This document shows, piece after piece, positions 36,797-45,405 of a DNA stretch of 64,000 nt. Under the pieces are notes generated by a model, which searched no databases, was not told the origin of the DNA, and was given only the letters and a program-made list of their open reading frames with translations. The translations under genes were made by a program, and so were the position numbers. Position 1 is the first letter of the stretch. Each line of letters begins with the position of its first letter. The DNA lies in contig JAJYFB010000001.1 of NCBI GenBank assembly GCA_021785495.1, positions 9,891 to 73,890 of the forward strand, given 5' to 3'. Origin of the DNA: Acidobacteriota bacterium (lineage in GTDB: Bacteria; Acidobacteriota; Terriglobia; Terriglobales; Acidobacteriaceae).

Positions 36797-37428
36797 TTCT
36801 TTTTTTCCTCGAAGATTCCCTCGGGCAGCTTGCGGTTGTCGGACGAAATCTCGATGGCGAAGAGGCTGTTGACGCCGCTTCTTCCATCCACTTCGATCGA
36901 CCGGGGAAGAAACGTCCGCTTGTCGAGCTGGACGACCAGCAGATTCAGCCGCCTGCGATAGATCGCGGCGCGAGGAACAAAGCGCAGTTCGTACCCGCTC
37001 GCGTGTTCCGTGGCTGTAATGGCAAAGTCCCTCCTGAGCCCATCGAGCGAGCTGGCGCGGCTGAATGCGGACTGAGCGCGCCGCACATCGCCGCCGATCC
37101 TGAGCGCTTCCGTCGCGCCATCGCCGCCCGTCACGTTCAGGTCGTCCGTGTCGAAGCGCACCGTCAGCGCGTGCGGAGGCAGATACTCCAGCCAGAAGCG
37201 GACCGCGCCCTCGGCGCAGAACCTTCCGCGCAGCACAATGGGCCGGGTCATCAGCGGTGAAGTGCGGCTCTCAACCACGCTTCCGCACGCCGTCTGCGTA
37301 CGCGCCTCGGCCTGCTGCACGCCGTTCCAGATGCGCGTCAGCAATTCGTCCTGCTGGGCGCCGAGCGCCACCGGCAGAGCGATCCACGCCACCACGGCCA
37401 ACCCCGCCCGCCCTTTGAATCGCGTCAT
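36793..37428 (-). CDS. LolA-like outer-membrane lipoprotein carrier / lipid-binding periplasmic protein
   Basis: Signal peptide 'AGLAVVAWIALPVALGAQQ'. The size (~210 aa) and position match the LolA-like member of aryl-polyene/flexirubin-type clusters. Sequence motifs are weak. An ATGA overlap sits at 36793-36796. Confidence 0.55.
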   Translation of the reverse strand: MTRFKGRAGLAVVAWIALPVALGAQQDELLTRIWNGVQQAEARTQTACGSVVESRTSPLMTRPIVLRGRFCAEGAVRFWLEYLPPHALTVRFDTDDLNVTGGDGATEALRIGGDVRRAQSAFSRASSLDGLRRDFAITATEHASGYELRFVPRAAIYRRRLNLLVVQLDKRTFLPRSIEVDGRSGVNSLFAIEISSDNRKLPEGIFEEKKK

Positions 37429-37432
37429 CTTC

Positions 37433-38107
37433 TCACGCTCCCAGAAAGCGAAAGGCCAGCGAGCAGAAGCAAATCCGCACCGTATCGCGCACGGGCTTCA
37501 TCTTCGAGCGCGGCTGCCGGCCGTCGTAAATTGTCTGCACGGGCGCATGGGCAATCGTCGCCCCGCTTCGCGCCATCTTGATCAAGGCTTCCATCTCGAC
37601 CTCGTAACGCCTGCTGCGCAGTTCGATCCGGCGGAGCTGATCCAGCCGATAGACGCGGAAGCCGCTCTGGCTGTCGCCAATCCGGCAGCCCACCAGCGCC
37701 GAGGCCCAGCGGCTGCCCACCGTGTTCGAGTAATACCGCGCTGGCGGCATCCTTGCGCGGTCGAACGTGCGCGCGCCAATGACCAGGCCGGCTCCGGTCT
37801 CCTGCGCCACGCCGAGCAGTCCGGCAATATCTTCCGGCCGGTGCTGGCCATCGCCATCGAGCGTCACGGCGTGCGTGAACCCGGCGTCGATCGCGTAGCG
37901 CATTCCCAGGCGCAACGCCGCGCCCTTGCCGCTGTTCTTTTCGCTGCGCAGACAGAATGCGCCGGCCGCGCCGGCCAACTCGGCCGTGCCGTCCGTCGAG
38001 CCGTCGTCGATCACGACCACTGCGTCCACATGCGCGCGCGCGCCGCGCACCACGGCGGCGATGTGGACAGCCTCGTTATAGGCCGGAATCAAGGCGCAGC
38101 TCTTCAT
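37433..38107 (-). CDS. Family 2 glycosyltransferase (Dpm1/polyprenol-phosphate sugar transferase-like)
   Basis: ATG at 38107 gives 'MKSCALIPAYNEAVHIAAVV..VVVIDDGSTDGT'. 'LDGDGQHRPEDI' follows. Confidence 0.85.
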   Translation of the reverse strand: MKSCALIPAYNEAVHIAAVVRGARAHVDAVVVIDDGSTDGTAELAGAAGAFCLRSEKNSGKGAALRLGMRYAIDAGFTHAVTLDGDGQHRPEDIAGLLGVAQETGAGLVIGARTFDRARMPPARYYSNTVGSRWASALVGCRIGDSQSGFRVYRLDQLRRIELRSRRYEVEMEALIKMARSGATIAHAPVQTIYDGRQPRSKMKPVRDTVRICFCSLAFRFLGA

Positions 38108-38883
38108 GATCGCTCGGCTTCTTCGCGCGCGCCCGCCAGCGCGAAGGAAAAGCCGCGCGCGCGCAGGCTGTCGATCACGCCGGGCAGCGCCCGCAGCATG
38201 GGCTGAGCCCCCTCCGATCGCCGGTCGTGCAGCAGGATGATGTCGCCGCCCTGCGCCCGGTTCACGATCCGCTTCTCCAGTTCTTCGGCATTGCGAATGC
38301 GCGTGTCCAGGCTGCGCAGCCGCCACGAGACGAACTCCAGTCCCGCCCGCTTCAGCGCGGGCCGCAAAAACGGATGGCGCAGTCCCACCGGAGAGCGGAA
38401 GTAGCGCGGCCGCTGGCCGCAGGCGCGCCGGATGGCCTCCGTGCCGCGTTCAATCTCCCGGCGCAGCCGCCACGGCGGCAAAAAACAGAACAGCGGACGG
38501 TGCGACCAGGTGTGATTGCCGATCAGATGGCCTTCCTCCCAGGCGCGGCGCACAATCTCTGGATGCGCCTCGGCGCGGCGGCCGACGACGAAGAACGTCG
38601 CCCGCACACCTTTTTCGCGCAACAGATCCAGCAGCCGCGGCGTATCCGCAGGGTCGGGCCCGTCGTCGAAGGTCAACGCCACCGCGCGCGTGTTGTCCAG
38701 GCGCGAACGGTTCTCCACCAGCCAGCCATTCGCCGGGTGGAAGAGCAGAAAAAGCATGGTTCCCGTGCCCAGCCCGTACAGAACGGCAAAAAGAACCAGG
38801 CGCGGCCAGGAAAACGGAAAAAGCACCGCCAGCGCACAGTGGGTCGCCGCAAAAAGACCGAGAAATAGATACCCCCGCGCCAT
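38104..38883 (-). CDS. Polysaccharide deacetylase (CE4/NodB family) with two N-terminal TM helices
   Basis: ATG at 38883 (MARGYLFLGLFAATH). Motifs 'ALTFDDGPDPADTPRLLDLLREKGVRATFFVVG','GNHTWSH','ILLHD'. The 544-aa track ORF is an artefactual extension across a MITE. Confidence 0.85.
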   Translation of the reverse strand: MARGYLFLGLFAATHCALAVLFPFSWPRLVLFAVLYGLGTGTMLFLLFHPANGWLVENRSRLDNTRAVALTFDDGPDPADTPRLLDLLREKGVRATFFVVGRRAEAHPEIVRRAWEEGHLIGNHTWSHRPLFCFLPPWRLRREIERGTEAIRRACGQRPRYFRSPVGLRHPFLRPALKRAGLEFVSWRLRSLDTRIRNAEELEKRIVNRAQGGDIILLHDRRSEGAQPMLRALPGVIDSLRARGFSFALAGAREEAERS

Positions 38884-39050
38884 CGTTCGCTCGTCCTCGC
38901 CCCGGCGCACACGCCAGCGCATGGCTTCCCCCTGCCGCCCGGGCCACGCCGGGCAACAAGACGACTGTATCGCATTCCGGCCGCGGAGGCGAGAGACGCG
39001 CGCGGCGCAGCCGTTGGAACCCGGGTTCAGGATCATTCGGCGAACCGTTG

Positions 39051-39191
39051 AGCCACTTGCACAATTCATCGCCGCGTCGCGGTCTTGAAAGGGCAAGGCC
39101 TCGGTCCTGCCCATCAAACCAACAAAATCAGAGCGGTTTTCGCCACGGAGGGAAGGCGGCATCGGAACATTCCCGAATTTTGCAAGTGCCT
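39051..39191. mobile_element. 141-bp MITE, family 2 (TIR AGCCACTTGCAAAATTC)
   Basis: The ends are 'agccacttgcacaattc...gaattttgcaagtgcct'. Flanking direct repeat CCGTTG lies on both sides. It is collinear with the copy at 46236..46374. Confidence 0.75.
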
Positions 39192-39646
39192 CCGTTGCTA
39201 CCGCATTGCCGGCATGAAACGTCCATAAAAGCACCGCAGACAGGCAGGATGGAAGGCACATGCAGCATTCACCGATCCGGACCGTACGAATTTCCGCACC
39301 ACGCCCCGTTCTGCTTCCAGCCCCTGGCGGCCGGAGGACAGGATCAAGGATTGCGGCCCGCCGGCGCGATCCAGCCGGTCCGGGAACGGCCGCGGTCGTC
39401 CCCGCCTCCGCCACGGGCTTCCTGCCAGACGCAAGCCCGCCCTGATACACTTTTTCCTTGGAGTTACCTTGTGCGCTTCGCCTCTGCGGCTGCGCGCGGT
39501 TGTCCGCCGCGGCGGCATCCGGGGGTTCGTGCCGGTCCGCTTCCAGCCTGCGGGCGCGGAACAGGATCAAAGTTGGCGATGGGCGCCTTTTTAACCAGTT
39601 TTTTGTGACCGCTCCGCAGTTCGACGGTACGGAGCGGGGAGGATTC

Positions 39647-42364
39647 ATGCGGCGGTTCTTGACGCTTGTTTGCTTGTTTGTCCTGGCTCTTCCGGCTGGG
39701 GTCTCCATCTCCGGATGCACGCGCAACCCGGCGGGCAATTACTGCAACGGCCTCGGCTACGGTCTGAAGGACACCGACGTCGATTACATCACCTTGCAGC
39801 CGCAGATCGGCGGCATCTCGCTGGCCTACGGGCAAATCGCGAGCGTACAGTCGCCCACTGCCTATACCTGCAAGGGCAACTCAACCGCCGCCCCGGGTGG
39901 AAAATTCAACTACGGCACCACAAACAATCAGTTGGTGGATATTTCGCCCACGGGAAGACTTTGCGCCGGCACCTGGAACCGCAACACCGGCGGCGGCATC
40001 GCCGACTACACCTACTGCTACGCACCCAGTCCGCTGCCAGCTACCGGGGGACTTCCCTACGCCATCGCCTATATCACGGCCACGACCGCCGCGGTAACCT
40101 CCAACCCTGTCCCCGTCTACGTCCACGCGCCGATCACCTCCATCAGCCTGGCCACGACGCCGCTCGATACCTCGTCCTCGCAATCCTGCTTCTCGCAGAA
40201 CCAGCAGGCGAGCCTGGATGCGTTGGCCTACTACGACAACAACGGTACGGAATCCCTGCTCTGTCAGCCGTCCTCGAACGCGCCGGTCACCGGCTTTTCC
40301 GTCAATAACAATGTTGTGACCCTGAACGCCGCCAACAACTTTGTGGCCGGCGAGATGGTCACCTTCTCCGGCTTGTCCGCCGCCACCTTTTTGAACGGGA
40401 AAACCTGGACCGTCCTCTCGAACGGCCTGAGCAACACGCAGTTCGAGGTGGCCGCCAATGCCGCCAATGCCAGCCAGACGGCCGACAACGGCGCCGCAGC
40501 CACCTCCAGCGCGCTGCCCACCTGCGGCAATTCCATCGGCACCCTCAGCTTCGCCAGCAGCAATTCCTCGATCGCCAACATCAACCCGGCCACGCTCACC
40601 GATCCGCTCTCCACCATCACCGCGCTGATGCCGGGAACCACGACCATCACCGCGACCATCTCCCAGTCCGCATCCTCGGCTGGCTACTTCTCCACCTGCC
40701 CGCCGGCCGCCATCAAGGTCGCGCTGGCCAATGGGTCCACCAGCGGCGTGATCACGCAGGGCGTGACGCAAAACCTGACCACGACCGTCACCGACACCCT
40801 GGGCAAGCCCATCACCGGACTGGATCTCACCTACGAGTCCACCAATCCCATCGAGGTGGCTGCCACGGCCGGCGGAGCCATCACCACCGCCTATCCCGGC
40901 CTCGCCTCGGTCTATGCGGTCTGCGAACCGCCCGGCTGCAATCCCGCGCCCATCAATGTTTACGGATTGAACGGCACCGGCCTGTCGCTGGCTTCCAATC
41001 CCGTCGACATTACCGTCCCCGGCACGACCAGCGATTTTGTCTACTTCGCGGCGCCCGGCCTGTCGCGCTACTTCAGCAGCATGCAGTTGCTTACGGGCAA
41101 TCCCGGCGGAACCACCCTTCTGCCCTACGTCCCCAACTCCCTGGTCATGGACCAGCAGGGCGCCAACCTCTATTTCGGTTCGCTTCGCGAGTTGATGATT
41201 TACTCAACCTCGGCCGACGCCATCACACGGCAAGACGCATCCGTGCCCGGCGTTGTGCTGGCCGCCTCGCCGAACGCCAGCCAGTTGCTCATCAACGACC
41301 AGGTGCGCGGCCTGTTCTACATCTACAACACCGCGGGCAGCATCGCCACCACCTACAGCGGCATGGGCTCGTCGGCGGCATGGACGCCCGATTCGCAGAC
41401 CCTCTACATTGCCGACAGCTCCTCGCTGGGCGGAAACCACACCAACACGCTTTACGTCTATAACGCCAACGTCGGCTGGAGCACCTACACACTGACGAAT
41501 CCAACCAGCGCTTCCGTCGGGCGTAACCTGGCCATTACCGTTCCGGGCGTGGGCGCCTACCTCACGGGCAATCCGACCGTGGACCATACCTGGTGTCCAT
41601 CGGGCAATGTCGGCAACAACGGCAGCATCCTCTTCTATCCCCAATCGGCCTCCGACGTGCTGAACCTCCAGACCGATGTGATTGGGGCTACGCTGGACGG
41701 CAAGCACATGCTCGGCGCAGCGCTCAGCGGCTCGAACATCACGCTCAACGACATCGCCGTGGATATTTCCGCCGCGCCGCTCTGCCCGGTGGATACCGCG
41801 GTTTCGCCGCAAACCATGTCGCCGCTCTCGACCAACCCCTCGATCAATGGAACGGTCACGCTCGGCACGCAGACCGGCGCGAAAACCTTCGCCGCCGCCC
41901 AGGTCAATCAGGTTGTCACCGGTACGGCTCCGGCCACGGCAACCGTGACTACGGCCGCCCCCATTGCTTTTGTCACTTACAACGGCGATACGGCGGGCAA
42001 CCAGCTTCCCTACTATCTGCCGCAATCCTCCGGGCTGGGGCAGGTTGGCTACGTCACCTTTGCCGACGCCAACTCGACCACTGCGCCGCCTACCGCGCCT
42101 CTGACCGGCGCGTTTTCGCCCGATCACTCGCTGTTTTTCGTCTCGACTGCGGGCGACAACGATTTTCACTTCATCAGCATTCCCGACAACGTGAGCACAA
42201 CGGCGCCGCCCACCGACTCGCAGCAGTACAGCCCCAATCTGCCCGCCTGCACTCCGGTCTCGGCGGGAGGCAACGACGCCGACTGCCTCTATCCCACCGC
42301 GCCGACCGCAACCACCTACGTCCCCGCCACGGTGATCGTCGTCAAACCCCGCTCGATCACGTAA
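39647..42364 (+). CDS. Large (905 aa) Thr/Ser/Asn/Gly-rich surface lipoprotein, unknown function
   Basis: GGGGAGGA precedes ATG 39647. 'MRRFLTLVCLFVLALPAGVSISGC' carries a lipobox. The rest is compositionally beta-rich, with Ig-like/propeller-like stretches. I recognise no family. Confidence 0.7.
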   Translation: MRRFLTLVCLFVLALPAGVSISGCTRNPAGNYCNGLGYGLKDTDVDYITLQPQIGGISLAYGQIASVQSPTAYTCKGNSTAAPGGKFNYGTTNNQLVDISPTGRLCAGTWNRNTGGGIADYTYCYAPSPLPATGGLPYAIAYITATTAAVTSNPVPVYVHAPITSISLATTPLDTSSSQSCFSQNQQASLDALAYYDNNGTESLLCQPSSNAPVTGFSVNNNVVTLNAANNFVAGEMVTFSGLSAATFLNGKTWTVLSNGLSNTQFEVAANAANASQTADNGAAATSSALPTCGNSIGTLSFASSNSSIANINPATLTDPLSTITALMPGTTTITATISQSASSAGYFSTCPPAAIKVALANGSTSGVITQGVTQNLTTTVTDTLGKPITGLDLTYESTNPIEVAATAGGAITTAYPGLASVYAVCEPPGCNPAPINVYGLNGTGLSLASNPVDITVPGTTSDFVYFAAPGLSRYFSSMQLLTGNPGGTTLLPYVPNSLVMDQQGANLYFGSLRELMIYSTSADAITRQDASVPGVVLAASPNASQLLINDQVRGLFYIYNTAGSIATTYSGMGSSAAWTPDSQTLYIADSSSLGGNHTNTLYVYNANVGWSTYTLTNPTSASVGRNLAITVPGVGAYLTGNPTVDHTWCPSGNVGNNGSILFYPQSASDVLNLQTDVIGATLDGKHMLGAALSGSNITLNDIAVDISAAPLCPVDTAVSPQTMSPLSTNPSINGTVTLGTQTGAKTFAAAQVNQVVTGTAPATATVTTAAPIAFVTYNGDTAGNQLPYYLPQSSGLGQVGYVTFADANSTTAPPTAPLTGAFSPDHSLFFVSTAGDNDFHFISIPDNVSTTAPPTDSQQYSPNLPACTPVSAGGNDADCLYPTAPTATTYVPATVIVVKPRSIT

Positions 42365-42601
42365 AGCTGCCGCCTGCGTCCATCGATTCGATCTTCAGGA
42401 CCGAATCGATGGGCTCGCTCATGGCGGTTGCCGCAACTGCCGCGGTGCGCAATTGCGCCAAAACCCGAATCGAGCGAGCCACTTGAGCTACTTGCAAAAG
42501 GCAATCAGAGATCGCCGGATGGGAAAGGGCGCGATTTCCGCTTTTCCGCCAGAGAACAAAGCCGCCGCTTCCGTCGGACGATCAACATGCGCCTGAGACG
42601 C

Positions 42602-43912
42602 TCAGGCGTTCGCCTCAGCGGGAAGGTCGATCGGGACTGGTTCCACATGCGCAAGAGTCGGGTTGAGCGCACTTTCGCCGCTCCGCGGCTCGGCCTGCGC
42701 CGTGAAGAACCGCTCCACTTCGGCCAGCACATCGGCGCCGCAGCGCGATTGATAAATGGCCGCGCGCAGCTTTGCTCCTCCAGCAATCCCGTGCGTGAAC
42801 CAGGTGGCGAACTGTTTCATCTTGCCCACGGGATCGCCCATGCGCGCATCGCGCGGCAGTTCCTTGGTCGCTTCGGCCTCGGCCATCAGCATCTCGAAGT
42901 AGGCGCGGATCATGCGGTAGCGATCCTCGCCGGTGGGCAGCGTGTAGCGGCCGGTCGCCGTGTACTCGGCGATCTGCCGGAAGATCCAGGGATTGGCCGG
43001 AGCGGCGCGGCCGATCATCACGCCGTCGCAGCCGGTCTCGGCCACCATCGCCACGGCGTCCTCCGGCGTGCGGATGTCGCCGTTGCCGATCACCGGCAAT
43101 CGCACGGCGTCCTTGACCGCGGCGATCCAGTTCCATTGCGCCTGGCCGCCGTAGCCCTGCTCGCGGGTGCGCGCATGCAGCGCCAGTCCGTCGAGCCCTT
43201 CGGCCTCGGCCATCCGCGCCAGTTCCACGCAGACGATCTCCTGCTCGTTCCAGCCCATGCGGAACTTGACGGTGAACGGAATCGCGACCGCCTTGCGCAC
43301 GGCCCGGAAGATCTCACCGATTTGCGGCAGGTCGCGCAGCAGTCCCGAGCCGCCATTCGAGCAGACCACGCGCTTGGCCGGGCAGCCCAGGTTCAGATCG
43401 ACCGTGTCAAAGCCCGTCTCCTCGACGACGCGCGCGGCCTCGGCCAGCGTCTCCGGCTTCGAGCCGAACAACTGCGCCCCGATCGGGTGCTCGTCGTCGT
43501 AAAAGGTCAGGTAGCGGCGGCGCTTGGCCTCGCGCATCCGCGAAAGCCCGTCGGCCGAGGTGAACTCGGTCATCAGCAGCCCGCAGCCGGACTCGAAGTT
43601 GCTGATGGCGGCTGCGACGCTTTCACTGCCCGAATCCCGATCCGTGCAACCGTACGCCTCCGGTCTTGTCTTTGCGGCCGGAGAGGCATGGCTCGCATCC
43701 GCATCCGCGTGCGTAAAGAAGCTGGCGTGCCGAATGAACCGCCGGAAGACCGTGTCCGTAACGCCGGCCATCGGAGCCAGCACCGTCGCCGGCCGCACCG
43801 CGACCGCGCCCAGGCGCACCTCGGCCGGAACCCGCGTCAAGGCAGGCATCAAGTGCTCCACCGGATTGTCCCAGTGCTTCTTCACCGTGAATCCGCGCCG
43901 CGGCATGTGCAT
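42602..43912 (-). CDS. tRNA-dihydrouridine synthase (Dus family)
   Basis: 'VLAPMAGVTDTVFRRF','DLNLGCPAKRV','TVKFRMGW','ALHARTREQGYGGQAQW','PVIGNGDI','GVMIGRAAPANPWIF'. A ~45-aa insert follows the first motif. Confidence 0.9.
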   Translation of the reverse strand: MHMPRRGFTVKKHWDNPVEHLMPALTRVPAEVRLGAVAVRPATVLAPMAGVTDTVFRRFIRHASFFTHADADASHASPAAKTRPEAYGCTDRDSGSESVAAAISNFESGCGLLMTEFTSADGLSRMREAKRRRYLTFYDDEHPIGAQLFGSKPETLAEAARVVEETGFDTVDLNLGCPAKRVVCSNGGSGLLRDLPQIGEIFRAVRKAVAIPFTVKFRMGWNEQEIVCVELARMAEAEGLDGLALHARTREQGYGGQAQWNWIAAVKDAVRLPVIGNGDIRTPEDAVAMVAETGCDGVMIGRAAPANPWIFRQIAEYTATGRYTLPTGEDRYRMIRAYFEMLMAEAEATKELPRDARMGDPVGKMKQFATWFTHGIAGGAKLRAAIYQSRCGADVLAEVERFFTAQAEPRSGESALNPTLAHVEPVPIDLPAEANA

Positions 43913-43938
43913 CTTCCCATTCGCAGAACAACTTCCCG

Positions 43939-44523
43939 TTAGATGCGCACTTCAATGTCCGGACGGCTCTTCGCCAAGAGCTTGGTTTCGATCGCCTTCA
44001 ACTTTGCCGGGTCTACGCGAAAACGTTCGGGATGAAGCGAGAGGCTGGCCCGCGGCAAATCGCCGCCGCTCTCGTCAATCAAGATCACCCCAAGCCGTCC
44101 GATCCCATCCTGCGCAAAGATTCCCAGGCGCGCAAGATCGAATTGCAGTGCGTCAAAGTAGGCAACAGGAATCGCCAGGTAGCGAAAGTGCGCCGGCATC
44201 GACATGAAATGCCGATGGGCATTCTTGATCGCTTCACGCTGCGCTTTGGTTTGGTCGGCAGAAAGTTCCGTTTCATTTTGCGTAAGCCGCTTGGACGCAA
44301 AACTCTTGCTGAACTTGTCGGGCAGTTGAATTTCAACCGCGTGCAAATCGCCCGCGCCAGCACGATCCACGGCCAGCACGTCCGCGGCGATTAAGGCGGG
44401 AGGGGGTTGCAGATAGATGTTCGGAACCGACAGTTTGCTGCGAAGCAACTCGGCGACCGCGTTAATTGCGCGTCCCGAACGCTGACGTTCTGTCAACTTT
44501 AGGGCTTCCACTTGTGCCGCCAT
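43939..44523 (-). CDS. Hypothetical protein, partner of the HEPN gene (possible degenerate PD-(D/E)xK-like fold)
   Basis: ATG at 44523 follows AGGTAGGTGA. An alternative GTG at 44532 overlaps the HEPN stop (GTGA). The only suggestive motif is 'ADVLAVDRAGAGDLHAVEIQL'. The region is low in GC. Confidence 0.55.
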   Translation of the reverse strand: MAAQVEALKLTERQRSGRAINAVAELLRSKLSVPNIYLQPPPALIAADVLAVDRAGAGDLHAVEIQLPDKFSKSFASKRLTQNETELSADQTKAQREAIKNAHRHFMSMPAHFRYLAIPVAYFDALQFDLARLGIFAQDGIGRLGVILIDESGGDLPRASLSLHPERFRVDPAKLKAIETKLLAKSRPDIEVRI

Positions 44524-44528
44524 TGCAG

Positions 44529-44930
44529 TCACCTACCTTTCTGTTTTTGCAGAATCCGCTCGGCCCAGGTTTGAAATCGCTCGGCGGAAATTGAGAGCGC
44601 CTCTGCTTTTTCGTCGCTCACCCGCTGGTCTCCATAGGAAATATCCGTCTTGACTCGCACCAGCTTCTCGAAATGGACGATCCCACCAGGATCAATCTTT
44701 GCGCGCGTGCAGGCTTGCTTGAGTGCGGAGATGGCTGCCCGATGGTTTTCTCCACGCGGCCGCGTCTTGCTAAGCCCGATCAGAACGGCGTCGCTGTAAG
44801 AGATGGCGCTATGTACAGCCAGCAATGCCACGGCCGCCGCGTACGTCCGCAGATCGTCCCGACAAAGCTTCATCGCATCGGCCAGTTGAACGGCGCGGCG
44901 ATAGTAGACATGCAAACCTGCCTCGATCAT
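44529..44930 (-). CDS. Minimal HEPN-domain protein (133 aa)
   Basis: 'YAAAVALLAVHSAISYSDAVLIGL','RPRGENH' (R-x5-H), and 'LVRVKTDISYGDQRVSDEKAEALSISAERFQTWAERIL', which resembles the classical HEPN C-terminal helices. Confidence 0.6.
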   Translation of the reverse strand: MIEAGLHVYYRRAVQLADAMKLCRDDLRTYAAAVALLAVHSAISYSDAVLIGLSKTRPRGENHRAAISALKQACTRAKIDPGGIVHFEKLVRVKTDISYGDQRVSDEKAEALSISAERFQTWAERILQKQKGR

Positions 44931-44950
44931 GCACCACTATCATCGCACGA

Positions 44951-44980
44951 GAAAAGGCCCCCGCCGCAGCGGAGGCCTTT
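44951..44980 (-). terminator. Intrinsic terminator of rpmE
   Basis: On the minus strand, AAGGCCTCCGC-tgcg-GCGGGGGCCTT (one mismatch) is followed by TTTTCTCG. Confidence 0.6.
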
Positions 44981-45008
44981 GTCGCTCGACGCCTTGCGCG
45001 GGGGCAGA

Positions 45009-45230
45009 TTACGCCTTCGCCTCCAGCGACTTGGCGTACTTGCGGCGGAAGCGCTCGACACGGCCGGCCGTATCGACCAGGCGCTGTTTGCCCGTGAAGA
45101 ACGGGTGGCAGACCGAGCAGATTTCCACGTGGATGTCGCCCTTGTGGGTCGACCGCGTCTCAAAGCTGTTTCCGCAGGCGCACAGCACGCGCACCGCTTC
45201 GTAGTTGGGGTGAATCTTTTCCTTCGGCAT
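45009..45230 (-). CDS. rpmE: 50S ribosomal protein L31
   Basis: '[65 protein letters not shown]'. Confidence 0.95.
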   Translation of the reverse strand: MPKEKIHPNYEAVRVLCACGNSFETRSTHKGDIHVEICSVCHPFFTGKQRLVDTAGRVERFRRKYAKSLEAKA

Positions 45231-45405
45231 CGACAGACAGACCTTTCGTTGCGCTCTTCCCGCTGCGCGCTTCGCTCCATCTATTGTAGGGGGATTCGCC
45301 GGGTTGCGCAATCGCCGGCAATGGCCGGAACCCGGTCCGCCGCTCTCCAAAGTCACATCGGGCCAAGGGCCACCCGCAGCCACCATGTAGAATACTGTCT
45401 ATTCG

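Noticed and set aside
38884-39738. An N-terminal extension of the deacetylase ORF to 544 aa.
   Set aside because: The extension runs through the MITE at 39051-39191 and is Arg/Pro-rich. The conserved protein begins at ATG 38883 with TM helices.
42478-42560. A possible third family-2 MITE fragment ('gagccacttgagctacttgcaaaagg...gggaaagggcgcgatttccgc').
   Set aside because: Only about 25 nt resemble the TIR, and the hairpin core match is weak. I mention it under the MITE findings but do not annotate it as a feature.
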